Counted from the stretch's first letter, positions 50,301-59,723 are shown. The stretch: DNA of 64,000 nt from a virus (IMGVR_UViG_3300032117_000015:1-64000), one strand, 5' to 3'. Notes: generated by a model from the letters alone, not told the origin. Program-made: numbers and translations.

Positions 50301-53300
50301 AGTTGTCCAATACTAATTGCTACATCTGCAGAATTTACATATCCTGCACTACGCAATAGTGGTTGATAATTGTCGATAGCAGGGAATGGATTTGAATTAT
50401 ATCCCAAAGGCTTAACGTAGATATCATTAGGTGTGTATTGATTGATAAATGAATTTATATTGTTGTTAATATTATTTGTTAACAAGAATCCTTGAGGATT
50501 GTTTCTAAATTTACTTTGATCTAACACAACTTCAATATCTTCAAATGCGTTGCTCGCACCGTATCGACCAGTACGTAATGCCCACTCTTCATAGAATATT
50601 AAACTTTCAGCTTTGTCTTCGCTCAACACACCAAACAAATGATTCAATACATTTTGAGTTCCTTTTTCACGAATCATCCCTTGATAGAATTTAAATTCGC
50701 TTACTGGATCTTGAATAATATTATCTAAGTATTGACGTGTTTGATATCCAATTAAATGCTGTGCAAATTTTTGTTGTTGACTACTAAAATTATCAACATT
50801 TAAACTATAAAAATCTACAAACTGTGTTGCAAGGTTAGTCCAGTTTGGCAATAATTTTGCAGATGGCTGAGATGATAAACGTGCCCAACTAGATGGAACA
50901 AATGTCGATGTACCTGCGGTAAATGCGTTTGCGCTATAATAAGATCCTTGATAGGCAACAATATCTGCCATATTATAATCTTGCCAAGGTTGCCAGTTCT
51001 CAACAGTTGCTCCGTCAAAAACAAACCCTGGAATATCCAAGCCGCCGTACCATCCAGTTGTAACATATCCAGACAATTTAATTCGATCTCTACGATATCC
51101 ACTTGGAGGATTATAAATTACATCATTAAAGATATCAACATTGTCAATAATAACTACATGTTCGTTTTGAATCAAGTAGAAACTTGCACAATAAATGCCG
51201 TCAGCAGTTCTTGGTGTATATGTAACAACATTGCCGTCTCTGTAGCTGTCTAGCTCTGTTGTTTTAAATGGTGTGCCGTCAACTTTAAAAATTTCGTAAC
51301 TATTAAATGGGTTTGATATACTGTCGACAACAGTTAACTCTGTTGTAAATGTAACCCCGCTAGCACCTGGACTTAGGCTTATCGCACTACTTCCAATGTT
51401 TGATAATCCTGGAAGTAATAACCATACATTAGTATCAAAAATAGGCGATGCCGGAATATTGTATTGAGCACTATAATAATCGCCTTCGTACTTAACAACC
51501 GTGCCATAGCTATAAACTTGGTTTGGTAACCAATCTGCCCATTTTTCTTCTCCATTAGACCAATTTTGTGTGGTCCAAAACATAAATTCTTTAACACTAG
51601 TTGACCAATTTGTTACTGCATTTAAGTTATTATTAAAATTATTAAACTGGAATCCGTTGTCAATTAGATACTGTTCGTATCCTAACATAAAATCCACAAC
51701 TTCTTGGATTGTAGATAACTGTGTGCCGTATGGTAATGTCAACAGAGCCGATTTGTCCCATGCTTCTCTGAAGGTTGCATTGACACCTCCAACTATCGGT
51801 AATGTATCTAAAGGAGAAAAATAGTCAGAATTAAAACTAATTCCAGCAGTTGAATTTACTTTGGCTCGATAATATGTTATTCCATATTTTACAATTTGCC
51901 CTGCCACATAAGACTGTCCTTGTGTCCATTGTGAAAAACTTTCTGAAATTCCTCCAACATTTATACTAATACCAGATTGCAAATAATTATAATAATTAAA
52001 ATATGGTTGAGTTTTACTATACCCTTTAATTTCATAACCTGTAGATAATTTTGTAATAATTATTCCACTATAAGTTAATTTTTTAACAGGACTAGATGTG
52101 TTTAAAAATACTTTATAACTTTCATTTGGGATGAAAACACTACCTGTTGAAAGAGGTGTTTTGCTTTCAAGTAATAATTTAAATTGATCTTGATTAGTAA
52201 ATGCACCAACTCTATAACTTAATTTAGGAACTAGATTAGACAAGTTAGATTTATAAGAATTATAAGAATCTTGGTTATTACTAAAAATAATATTTAAAAT
52301 TAAATCAACTACATAGTTAACAATACCTGCTGTTTGTGTTCTAGATGTACTAGAATAGATACTAGGAATCTGTATATCAGCTGGTCTGATACGTAATCCG
52401 GTGTCTTTATAAACAAATTGGCCAGCAACGTTTCTTTCAACTCTCGATCTGTCTAGTAATAATCCAAATGTTTTTGCAGGTGTTAATAACATCGATGTTA
52501 CTATTACACTAAACGGATAATAACTGCTACGTCTCCAAGCAGATTCAACTGGGCTAATATCGCCAAATACAAATGCATTATTCGTACTGTAATTAATTGG
52601 ACCTGTTGCTAATCCAGAAACGATTGGGCTTACTAAATTACCAAATTCATCTACTGGAATGTGCTGTGTTAAGAAAGGACGAACATAGTTAGACAATTTA
52701 ACTGCGGGTAATCCTGGTTGTTTAACTAGTCCAGCGGCAAGGTCTTGCCACATAACTAAATTATTGCTTGTATAAGGTGCAGGTCCGTACACACTAGTCC
52801 ACCAGCTCGGTTGTTGACTAAATCCTAACATTTCCCAAGGACAAAGGTGTGGTCTGTCTGTATCAAGCATCCAGCGATATATTCCTCTCCAGAATGCAGG
52901 AACTGAATTGTTGTCGGGCGAGACACTTTCTTTATAGTTAAAAGTAAATGAATTACTCTTATCGTAACTTAACGGTTGAGTAAAGTCGATACCAACTAAA
53001 CCACTCCATTGGTAAAATGACGGTGCAAGTACTTCATTAAATTCTGATAAACTGTAGTCATTGGTTCGATTGTAACCAGGAATAATGTCTGCTATATCAA
53101 AAATTGTAGTATCATATTTTACTTTAATATTATTAAAAATTCTTGTTTCTAATTCTAATATTAACGCATCTCTGTAATCGCCGTATGCTAACAAAATACT
53201 TCCGTCGTGTCCTTGAATCACATTCTGTGGTGTGATTAAAGTTGTATCTAGATACAGTTGTGGAATAAATGCTGGCCACATACCTAATTTAGAAGGTGTT

Positions 53301-56209
53301 GCTGGAATAAAGCACCCGTCTGTTGAATCATATTCAACAGTTGTAATTGTATCACCGTTAATTAATGTTACATTATTAGCGATAACAATAAAACTTTGAC
53401 TGTTAAATGTATAATCTCTTCCGTAAACTAATTGAGTTTTAATATTATTAGAAGTACGATAAACTCCTACCGCTTTATTAGATAATGTATCTAATGTAAA
53501 CACATTTGATAGAGGATATGTTTTTACTCTATAATCGACTACAGTAAGATTAGTAATTGTAGATGCACCATACGGAACCATATCACTAAAATAATATGGT
53601 GCGGTATTAGGTTTATTTGCATTAAGTTTTTGTAAGATTAAATCAACTATAGTGACTGGGTCTCCATCGATTCCTAATGTTTCAGCTGTTTTTATAAAAT
53701 TTCTTTTGAAACTATTATAGTCATCTTTTGCAGTTTCAATAGCATTAATAATATTATTCGATTGATTTGTAATATGATATAAACTTAAACTTATTGGACC
53801 ACTGTGTTGTACAAATTTTGTGCCGTATTGAGTTATATTTCCAAGATCTCGTAAATTGCTATCTCCTGGAAAAATTCCAACAAATCCTGATGGCAAATTA
53901 TCAATAATACTATTAACGTGATCTGCTACTTCGCCTAACGTAAATGTTCCAATGACATCATTCATTGGATTGTTTTGAAGATTCAATGGAATTTCATAAT
54001 AACCGTTACTATTAATAGCCTGTGAAGCAAAAGCACGAATAGTTAATACATCGCCAGTGCCTATGCTAGTATTCAATACTATTTGTTTGTATTGCGGTGT
54101 TGATATGATAGTCCACAAAGTTGAATCTAATCTAGAACTATTAACATAAACTTTTACAACTAAATCTGCTAAATTATTAATGTCATCAAAAATATCAATA
54201 TTAAAATTATTTGTTTGTGTTGATCCATCATAGATTCTAATAGCGGCTTGTACTATTGATGTATTACAAATTTGCCATCCATTTACATAACTAGACACTC
54301 CAACAAAATTATTTTTTAACAAATAACCGGTGTTAATACCTTGATTAATAACCGCCGTTGTTTCTTTATAATTAAAAGTGTCCGATGCTAAATCAAAACT
54401 AAACACAATGTCGCCAATATTTGCAACATTTAGATAACTTAGAGGAAATCCTAAACTGGAGTCATCGTTACCTGTGCCAACTTTATAGGAAAATATTTTT
54501 GTTCCTATAAAACTTGAACCGTTATACTTACTTGTATCTCCAAAGCTGATTCCTTCACTATCAAATATATCAAATAAAGGAGGCTGGTTTGTAGCTGTTT
54601 TTTGTTGCCCGGCAATCCAAGTTGTACCGTCATACCAGTATAACTGACTTTGATTTTTTATACCTTGAAGAACTAACACTATCTGATTTTCAATCGGTGT
54701 ATGTACTTGGGTCAAGTGTATTTGATTGCGTCCTTGAATGTTTATAAAACTGACTTCGTAGATATTGTTTTTAACTAAAGGATCATAGTCATTAGTGAAA
54801 AGAATACGCTGTCCTGCTGATACAGGAATTCCATCGATATTATACCCAAGCGTTCCTTCAATTGAAGAAAATACATCAGTAGTAAATGTATCTACCAAAT
54901 CAATGTCTTGTATTGCAGTTGTACCTAAATTAAATAATTTAAGTCCTGCTTCAAATTCAATAATAGGTCTTATAGCTCTTGTTGTTTGATCCAAACTTGG
55001 AGTGTCACCATTATATGTTATACTAGTTTCGATAACATCCTTATGGAACCAACGATTATAACGACTCCAAGGGTTATGGTCAGTGCTTGCTCTATTAATT
55101 ACAATATAATCTTTATTACTTGCAAATCCAGTTGAGTCGTCGAATGGTGTGGAATCGAATGGATCAGCTCCAAATTCGACTGCCTCGTTAGAAGAATAAG
55201 GGCTTACGATTTCTAAAATAGATTCTGAAATTAATTTAATTGCTGTGCCGACACCTTCAACATAATAGTGTCCTGTAGCATAACTAGAAGGTATTACATT
55301 ACCTCCAAAATTAATTTTCATGCCGTTGCTTAGTGCTGTACCGTCGGGCAAAATATAAACTTGTTTTCCAATAATATCATTTTCGACATCAAGTGTTGTT
55401 TCGTCTACAATGTCATAAATTTCAATTGCGCCGCCTACATTAATATCTGTTTCGCTTTGGTAAAATAATAAACTAGGTGCATCGATTGGAACTTCAAATG
55501 TTATTGTCCCGCTTTCTACACTATGAGCACTTACATTTTTTGTATATAGATACGCAGTTCCTAAACTACGTTCAGTCATAAAGCTGAACGGATTTCCTAA
55601 ACTAGTAATATTAAAATTATAAGTTTGTCCTCTATATAATTTTAAGGTAGGATTCAAAGTTAATCCGTCTGGGGTAAACAAATATTCATTAGTGTCCCCT
55701 TCTGACTGTAGCTGAACATTATATGTACTATTTGCACCTGTAGGTTGTCCGTAGATTGTAATAACTGTTGGACCGTTTGGTAACCAATAGTAATCTTGGA
55801 AATTAATAAACTTATCCCAGTCAATATGTGGATCCCAACTATAAAATTCTTGTTTGTTTAGTCTTGCATGATTACTTGTATTTGCACCGAATACATTTAA
55901 TTGATTAATATAATCTTGATAGTCTTTAAAAAATGTTGTGTTTCCTAAAGTATCTGTAACTGTCAACCCCGGCTCTAACTGATAATTTTGGCGAATATTA
56001 TTAGCGGCTTGAACATATACATCTGTTCCGGTAGCGGCTTTTGCATTTTTACGACCAATAAATCCACTAGTTTTAGTAATTGTTCCTGGCTGATATAATT
56101 GATCAATTGTTGCTTGCAAAAACTTTTTGTTTGCACTTGACTGATAAAAATCAGGAAGAAAATTAACACCTAATCCAGTGTTGCCGGTTGGAATGTTGTC
56201 ATTAGTCAT
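41372..56209 (-). CDS. Giant (4945 aa) baseplate-wedge/adsorption structural protein
   Basis: Uninterrupted 14.8-kb ORF directly downstream of the gp6-like gene, with beta-rich repeats, FG-GAP-like blades and aromatic CBM-like motifs. Confidence 0.8.
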   Translation of the reverse strand: MTNDNIPTGNTGLGVNFLPDFYQSSANKKFLQATIDQLYQPGTITKTSGFIGRKNAKAATGTDVYVQAANNIRQNYQLEPGLTVTDTLGNTTFFKDYQDYINQLNVFGANTSNHARLNKQEFYSWDPHIDWDKFINFQDYYWLPNGPTVITIYGQPTGANSTYNVQLQSEGDTNEYLFTPDGLTLNPTLKLYRGQTYNFNITSLGNPFSFMTERSLGTAYLYTKNVSAHSVESGTITFEVPIDAPSLLFYQSETDINVGGAIEIYDIVDETTLDVENDIIGKQVYILPDGTALSNGMKINFGGNVIPSSYATGHYYVEGVGTAIKLISESILEIVSPYSSNEAVEFGADPFDSTPFDDSTGFASNKDYIVINRASTDHNPWSRYNRWFHKDVIETSITYNGDTPSLDQTTRAIRPIIEFEAGLKLFNLGTTAIQDIDLVDTFTTDVFSSIEGTLGYNIDGIPVSAGQRILFTNDYDPLVKNNIYEVSFINIQGRNQIHLTQVHTPIENQIVLVLQGIKNQSQLYWYDGTTWIAGQQKTATNQPPLFDIFDSEGISFGDTSKYNGSSFIGTKIFSYKVGTGNDDSSLGFPLSYLNVANIGDIVFSFDLASDTFNYKETTAVINQGINTGYLLKNNFVGVSSYVNGWQICNTSIVQAAIRIYDGSTQTNNFNIDIFDDINNLADLVVKVYVNSSRLDSTLWTIISTPQYKQIVLNTSIGTGDVLTIRAFASQAINSNGYYEIPLNLQNNPMNDVIGTFTLGEVADHVNSIIDNLPSGFVGIFPGDSNLRDLGNITQYGTKFVQHSGPISLSLYHITNQSNNIINAIETAKDDYNSFKRNFIKTAETLGIDGDPVTIVDLILQKLNANKPNTAPYYFSDMVPYGASTITNLTVVDYRVKTYPLSNVFTLDTLSNKAVGVYRTSNNIKTQLVYGRDYTFNSQSFIVIANNVTLINGDTITTVEYDSTDGCFIPATPSKLGMWPAFIPQLYLDTTLITPQNVIQGHDGSILLAYGDYRDALILELETRIFNNIKVKYDTTIFDIADIIPGYNRTNDYSLSEFNEVLAPSFYQWSGLVGIDFTQPLSYDKSNSFTFNYKESVSPDNNSVPAFWRGIYRWMLDTDRPHLCPWEMLGFSQQPSWWTSVYGPAPYTSNNLVMWQDLAAGLVKQPGLPAVKLSNYVRPFLTQHIPVDEFGNLVSPIVSGLATGPINYSTNNAFVFGDISPVESAWRRSSYYPFSVIVTSMLLTPAKTFGLLLDRSRVERNVAGQFVYKDTGLRIRPADIQIPSIYSSTSRTQTAGIVNYVVDLILNIIFSNNQDSYNSYKSNLSNLVPKLSYRVGAFTNQDQFKLLLESKTPLSTGSVFIPNESYKVFLNTSSPVKKLTYSGIIITKLSTGYEIKGYSKTQPYFNYYNYLQSGISINVGGISESFSQWTQGQSYVAGQIVKYGITYYRAKVNSTAGISFNSDYFSPLDTLPIVGGVNATFREAWDKSALLTLPYGTQLSTIQEVVDFMLGYEQYLIDNGFQFNNFNNNLNAVTNWSTSVKEFMFWTTQNWSNGEEKWADWLPNQVYSYGTVVKYEGDYYSAQYNIPASPIFDTNVWLLLPGLSNIGSSAISLSPGASGVTFTTELTVVDSISNPFNSYEIFKVDGTPFKTTELDSYRDGNVVTYTPRTADGIYCASFYLIQNEHVVIIDNVDIFNDVIYNPPSGYRRDRIKLSGYVTTGWYGGLDIPGFVFDGATVENWQPWQDYNMADIVAYQGSYYSANAFTAGTSTFVPSSWARLSSQPSAKLLPNWTNLATQFVDFYSLNVDNFSSQQQKFAQHLIGYQTRQYLDNIIQDPVSEFKFYQGMIREKGTQNVLNHLFGVLSEDKAESLIFYEEWALRTGRYGASNAFEDIEVVLDQSKFRNNPQGFLLTNNINNNINSFINQYTPNDIYVKPLGYNSNPFPAIDNYQPLLRSAGYVNSADVAISIGQLSDIVTQDIGSLNNGQYVWTAFEGASWNIYRFSDLQIRASSVTYTNGVLTITTQNIDPLVVGQYIGLAEVAMLQGFYEVTSVSLNTFTVNASIQNFPVSFTEANQLVIYALVTRRTSSIDNLDQIPVSHIAPGELVWTDDDGTGNWATWEYSPVYNLSSIPNQTPTTSFQFGSTIGMNSQGSILAITSGSTGVVTTFDKAGILVPWVQRSTLDQPFITQHIPGQPSLYVKPTQIATVIGISTNGEWLATGHPAVSRVATNYVGAYNSGNTYVSGNIVSYNNVYYEALQTTSGTTPSSTTLAWQIIPYIPANEISGINSTIVGQGAISIYQKDLDNNYNLVDTIISPNPTTGENFGSSITFGNNTLYVGATGYNNGTGRVYKLSYKTIVMATTQYNPVGSSLNTLVVNSTSGIRAGMIVTGSGYTSNQTVDYVLTKLILVNANSLVNVVFSTVNVLDSMTVTGTNILPNTKIVSQGTEIVLVNGMQTVLSYFIIGSPQDIDASITQVVIDNNVNLTFGVSSVIKLNTILLDSPVDKNSLPSGQLQFIINTWAYDSTIDSSNTTNFGQYTKLSLDSSTLLISSSGKVNVYKDAGAGFVTSQVLTGSDSRFGNSIAVSSYGDYIAISDDTQGTPTKPKQGIVNVYGYSSNGYTLTQTLVNANPEVDALFGNKIEFMNDYQTIVVYSPNGDTTVTTTFDENLTTFDKKSTDFITKIVSSGRVDVYDRYNINWVFSESLKTSNSVGDGYGIGFAVGSNQVVVGAPTAFNQGTQSGQVYAYTKLNNNLTWTITRQQVDIPDVSKIRKAFLYNKSLGTLVTYLDVIDPLQGKIAGPAQEEIKYQTFYDPATYSYSDGTVTVNVAPSNGIEGWWSDQPLGRLWWDLRTAKFLNNYFDDPLYGTNTWNTLASGASIDVYEWVSYSQLPAVWDSLADTSTGLALGISGTSLYGNSAYSLTQVYDNVSKTFKNTYYFWVKNKKIIPNVDGRNMAANDVASLIANPRGQDYTCLALTGTNSFSLINASQYLNATDIVLAIEYWLIDKNDQNIHSQWKLISNDPAVDLPSGIEQKWFDSLCGIDTGGRPVPDPTLPVKLRYGIENRPRQSMFVNRIEALKEFIERVNIVLSTYQTTNSRDISPLETFDPAPTEISGLWDKSFDTDTELRFANVGSFSTPSLTPIITNGRITGINVISAGRGYAVAPYIEISGSGEAAIVRATINALGEITGANIINSGVGYNSSTTATVRGYSALIKSDSTSLGAWSIYAYDNTTATWSKTLTQSYNVNNYWSYADWFATGYNQYTAADYLVSTFADLNTIYPTIGQVVKIATVNAGGWLLLEKYANSTSIDWTQSYNVIGIQNGTIQFNSSLYEFSGTNVGYDSNTFDGGDFDVQASAELRIILNTIKNNLLIDDLKQNYLDLFFTSVRFAHSEQPFIDWIFKTSFVRATHTVGTLNQPVNYPVDNLNNFQDYVAEVKPYRTKVREYISNYTGLDTNESAVTDFDLQPTFVNGTSTAIDVIVANNQLESTSGLLQTYPWKFWTDNLGFSVTDIIITNGGSGYANIPEVIISTPTGINGITAEAVAYIANGKVNRVVILTNKNGSGYLSAPTIAFNGGLGDNGVPATAVAIIGDGIIRSNLTALKFDRINSGYYISNIKQTDTFTGSSSKVQFALTWAPDVRVGESTVTIDGIPVLRELYKMAIVKSTSNGYTQYSGTITFTDAPSTGSTIVVTYSKDVSIMGATDRIQYYYNPTTGQLGKDLSQLMTGVDYGGTIVSGLDFNIAGGWGSTPYMTDTWDSRDPTFNDYAVQVAANTHVFTLPYTPAAGTNINIYYVKQKTFSFTSDGSTVTYSFDQNLISPTVTVTTTALTAGVTTTYTSLNSSGFTVNVGSTLGIVPGMKLYGQGFLNRQQVVRIVNSTSIIIDSIPDNLSYYRSYNSSGSATTTLVISSTAKIIPGMLISGTGFTSGQTVVKVVDKTTLIISAIPDATPANGETITFTSIPANGKTITFSNIAGGYILTLNSVSNLKVGTVVSNSLVPAGAFTTGVTYTISSIGTTDFTLIGALSNEAGITFIATGPGTGTGTAATASAFSYDTKITAIDTTHNTVTLDQVLLLNIVNSTQITFTENLTELKDVVIVPGSISLSTPYASGSLINVTGTYNPIRLDDPNFGTMSQTNANAIIPTPVIGNTLTTTSVGGGGALITVSFGAVDDGGSASSTPVSTLDGMIIDQLVSNTIEIPASFVVGAGDQFILRESTSDGSVPTPDANYDTKLDGGNLAYTTATGIAADDIVLDGDGLITPTNSPAPEEVVPGQVVDTLAIKVYDQTNSGSANIKDISYLTDDTTYTYAIGQTPNNPRAIIVKLGSNILTYNSDYVVNYQTATIELVSTVNNQLVATAPTANQLLSIYSIGFSGSNVLDIDYFIGDGTTVDFVTRASWTNSATSLVYVNGVATQVVLFKTDSTYSIEGQTGIQFATAPAVGALINYIIVSGLQQTFAVTTTQTIAPIANTSTYTLSYPIGNNLPNESNMIVRVGQSILQAPNNSYFTIKGNRLNYSIDPSKATPNSVPVGNVVVYAGNNLLNPASDYTVDPSGINVKINRNIYSQYSGQQLIVSIVTNNGYSYNASSGQITFTTVPTGTVEVISSYVQDVLDIQRTTVQYSSNYSITPGTTQFYTYKNIAGGIINLDRAVIDSNYVWVIKNTTLLTSSIDYVLNSDLQSITLGIKLVAGDTITLITFGSNLLSTSSISYMQFKDMLNRVSYKRLNLNKQVKLAQDLNWNDTTIVVTDASQLDAPNPAGNKPGIVEIRGERIEYFTISGNILGQLRRGTLGTGVYNLNKAGTIVQGIGPSETIPYNDTILTKKITSLGTTSVNVGYTISSADQVEVFVGGQNDMVRLKKSAYSVFDINKAPYSPAGDVSYPADFTVNNTSTITLANAPLFGTEVTVVKKTGIPWDGKQYTGDVSVIYDSSTVANFIKAAPGVWYTGFKS

Positions 56210-59200
56210 TAACTATTTGCCCCATAATTTGCACTTGTTACTTGTTGTAAGTTTGCTGTTGATGTCAAAGCTGTACCTGTTACTGTTTTAAGATTGCTAG
56301 ATGTTAGCCCAGAAACAACTTGAATATTATCAGTTGTTGCACAACTTAAAAATATACTGTCGCTCGGGCATTGTATTTCAAATAAACTTCCAAAATATTG
56401 TCCTGTTTGTGATGGCACAATAACAAAACTAATAATATCTGGACTTAACTGAGTCATTACATAAGTTGATAATTCTGTAAAATAAAATGTATCGCCAAAA
56501 TCCCAGTTTGCTAGAGCAAAGAATTGATTAATTGCAGTTAGTACTCTTGCCGTTACGTTGGCACTAGATACTGCTGATGATGGATTAATCATAACATCAA
56601 ATGTTGCTTGTAGACTTGCATCAGCCGCTGGGCCAAACAATAATGTATATTTCACTGGGTGATAAACAATCTCATCTGAAATAGATTTAATTAGATTTAG
56701 ATTTGGTGCTAACAAACTATTAAGACTATCCTGGCTTGGCGGTAATGGTTCTGTTCCTACTGTGCCGCCAGCTACCCATTGTCTAAATGCAGTATCGTAA
56801 CTATTAGTCAATACATACAAATCAATAATATTGCTTGCGCCTGGATCGATTCTGGAATTGTAATCGGCGCTATGTGTGTATTGGAATCGAAGACCACTTC
56901 GCCCTACATACACTTTATAATCTAAAGTTGGCTGTAATTTTTCAACAGCGTTATTTGAAGAATACTGAACAACAGTTTGTGTATCTGCAAAATAAAAATA
57001 TTGTCCGTCGGTCCATTGAGATAATGGATATGCTAAAGACTTTGTTGCTAAGATAATTACTGGGCCGCTTTGTGGATCGTTGTAAACATACTTGTAATCT
57101 TCTTGACCAGTCGTAATTGTATATTTTTGTTCAACAATATATTGTGTTAAAGATCCAGGTTGCGGATTAACAATATCTAAAAATTCTTGAGGATTATCTA
57201 CGACACCATTGTTTAAAGGATCTGCAAAAGTAATAACAATTTTCTTAGGATCAATATATCCATCTTGTCCAATGTACTCACTAACTATTTGCCATTGATA
57301 ATCTGTTGTAAACGGTGTTGAACTACCAGGTTGCGTATTAATGTTTAATACTTTAATTACGTCTGTTACTGTTGTACTTGATACAACATCGTAAATTTTA
57401 ACAGTATCGTCAAAATAGAATGATACTTCTGAATCGCTTTCAAATACATATCGAAGAGAGCGTTGTGTAATAGTATAGTTTTCTCTGTTAGTTGTAAACA
57501 ATAAGAACCAGCTTGCATCTAATTGTGTATTAGAAGTATCGCCTTGGTTTGCTAAACTGAAATCACTAGATGAATTTAAATTGTTTTCGTAAACAATTTG
57601 CCAAGTTTGTGTCACTCCGTCATAACGCAAACCAAAAGAAGCATTACCGAAGATTAAATCAATCATTTGTGTTTGCACACTTGAACTTAATGTTGTAGAA
57701 AATGCAGGAATAATCTGTGCTAAAACTGCTTTATTTGGAATTGACTTACTTAATGTAATTGGGCCAAACCCTGTAGATAATAATTTACTAGTACCATCTC
57801 CTGTTAAAGAAATAACACTAGCCCATACATAACTTACTCCGCCTTCAGGCAAAGTTGTTCCTGCTGTAAGAGCATTATTTTTATAAGTGTTAAAATAATA
57901 ACCGGTTGGAGCAATGAATTTAACTAATGCACCAGGACCAACATATTGTAAATCTGTAGAAGTATTTCCAGATCCTACTATAAGTGCAGAAGTATCCGAT
58001 GCTCCTATGTAGCCAGATGAACTATTACTATCATTTGTTTGTGCATACCAAATTGCATTGATATTTGTATTAACATAATCAATAAAATTAGAATAGAAAA
58101 AGTTTCTAAGGTTTGGATCTTCAAGTATTGGTAAAACTACATTATCTATTACTCCTTGAATATCTGTTTGAGTAACATAGGTAAATGTAGTACCTGCGGT
58201 ATATGTTTGTTGATATACAATACCGTCATCGGCAAATAAATTAGTTGAACTATACTTGCCTGTTGGGTCTGTTAAATCAAAGTAGCGACTAATACCGCTA
58301 CTTGTTCTATTAATTGATTTTACTTTTGCAACTTGTAAACTTGCCGATAGTGGACTAATATTGTAATCTTCTCCAGTAATCATACGATTTTGCGTGTAGT
58401 ATGTTTGAGGAGCATTTTGTTTAATACTTGCATTAGTTTCGGTTTGTGTTGCATTAACAACAGATGATGCCAGTCCTAATGTTATTGTTAGTGTTTCTGG
58501 TGCATTAGCAGAAGAAATGTATGGAATAGAAATTGAAATATTATTAATGTCTGTTGGGTTAACAGTATATGATAAGTTATTACTAACACGATAGTATACT
58601 TTAAAATTTCCAAGTGGTAACTGACCGAATACACCGTCTGCAAAATTCAAAGTAATAGCATCATTAGTCTGTGTAGTAACGCTATAAATTGTTGTAATTT
58701 TTTGATTTAAACTATTATAGATAACATTATTTCCAGTAGTAGCCGGTACTTGAGTCCACAACACACTTTCGTTTCCTGCAGAATCTAGTTGCCATAACCA
58801 TACATCTGTATTGTTAATATTTTGTGTGTTAATGTTTATTTGTTCGTTACTACTAGGATTTGTAATTGTAAATGTAGCAGTATTCAATGTACCTTGTGTA
58901 AAGTAAAAGAAAAACCCTGTGCCTGGGCTACCTGCACCATACCCATCATCAGTGTACACACATGCGATTTGATTTCCAGTTTTTGGAGTTTCTTCGTAAA
59001 TGAATGTATTGTTTGCAAATGTTGTGCTACCAACTTCAAAATTCATCGAACGACCAGCTACAACAGAACTAAAATCATAGACAGATAGTCCTTCATTAAT
59101 AGTATTAAATCTGTATTGTGCTGTTGGAATATTATAAATTGTTGCTTTGTCGGCAGGATTTCCAAATTTTTGTGTCTGTGGAAAAGACGCATTTAGAATT

Positions 59201-59673
59201 TTGATAAATTGATCATACCAATTGCTGTTGCTTGCATCGTTCCAAGTAACAATTTGACCCGATAAGTTTCTGTTATTACTATCAATAACATCTTCTGTTG
59301 TTGTGATATTTGCAATTTTTAATAAACCACTTGCACTTATACTTCTACTTGGAACATAACTTACCAACTGAGCAAGGTTTAATAAACTTTGTCTACGCTC
59401 TGCTGTTTCAATAAAATTTTCACGGGCGTTTAAATCAACACGGAACGCAATGCTTTGTCCGACAAATGCAATAAGGTCGATTAATGCTAGATACTCGCTT
59501 GATTCAATATAATCGTTAAAATCTTCTGGAAAATTTGTACGAATATAATCAATCATTGTACGACGCAGATTGTTAAAATCATAACTTTGAAAGTCTGCGT
59601 TGGTGAATGTTTGATAAATTTTCTTCCAATCTTCAGAAAGTAAAAGATTATTTTGTCTAGTAGTTGAACCCAT
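56209..59673 (-). CDS. Baseplate wedge subunit (T4 gp6-like)
   Basis: YDFNNLR, FNDYIESS, ENFIETAERRQS, FADGVFG, QNRMITGEDY. Confidence 0.85.
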   Translation of the reverse strand: MGSTTRQNNLLLSEDWKKIYQTFTNADFQSYDFNNLRRTMIDYIRTNFPEDFNDYIESSEYLALIDLIAFVGQSIAFRVDLNARENFIETAERRQSLLNLAQLVSYVPSRSISASGLLKIANITTTEDVIDSNNRNLSGQIVTWNDASNSNWYDQFIKILNASFPQTQKFGNPADKATIYNIPTAQYRFNTINEGLSVYDFSSVVAGRSMNFEVGSTTFANNTFIYEETPKTGNQIACVYTDDGYGAGSPGTGFFFYFTQGTLNTATFTITNPSSNEQININTQNINNTDVWLWQLDSAGNESVLWTQVPATTGNNVIYNSLNQKITTIYSVTTQTNDAITLNFADGVFGQLPLGNFKVYYRVSNNLSYTVNPTDINNISISIPYISSANAPETLTITLGLASSVVNATQTETNASIKQNAPQTYYTQNRMITGEDYNISPLSASLQVAKVKSINRTSSGISRYFDLTDPTGKYSSTNLFADDGIVYQQTYTAGTTFTYVTQTDIQGVIDNVVLPILEDPNLRNFFYSNFIDYVNTNINAIWYAQTNDSNSSSGYIGASDTSALIVGSGNTSTDLQYVGPGALVKFIAPTGYYFNTYKNNALTAGTTLPEGGVSYVWASVISLTGDGTSKLLSTGFGPITLSKSIPNKAVLAQIIPAFSTTLSSSVQTQMIDLIFGNASFGLRYDGVTQTWQIVYENNLNSSSDFSLANQGDTSNTQLDASWFLLFTTNRENYTITQRSLRYVFESDSEVSFYFDDTVKIYDVVSSTTVTDVIKVLNINTQPGSSTPFTTDYQWQIVSEYIGQDGYIDPKKIVITFADPLNNGVVDNPQEFLDIVNPQPGSLTQYIVEQKYTITTGQEDYKYVYNDPQSGPVIILATKSLAYPLSQWTDGQYFYFADTQTVVQYSSNNAVEKLQPTLDYKVYVGRSGLRFQYTHSADYNSRIDPGASNIIDLYVLTNSYDTAFRQWVAGGTVGTEPLPPSQDSLNSLLAPNLNLIKSISDEIVYHPVKYTLLFGPAADASLQATFDVMINPSSAVSSANVTARVLTAINQFFALANWDFGDTFYFTELSTYVMTQLSPDIISFVIVPSQTGQYFGSLFEIQCPSDSIFLSCATTDNIQVVSGLTSSNLKTVTGTALTSTANLQQVTSANYGANS

Positions 59674-59691
59674 GATTTATCCTAATAATGG

Positions 59692-59699
59692 TATTTATC
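59692..59699 (-). promoter_or_regulatory. Late promoter GATAAATA
   Basis: Intergenic, upstream of ATG 59673. Confidence 0.65.
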
Positions 59700-59723
59700 G
59701 AATAAAATTAAGTACGTAGTTAA

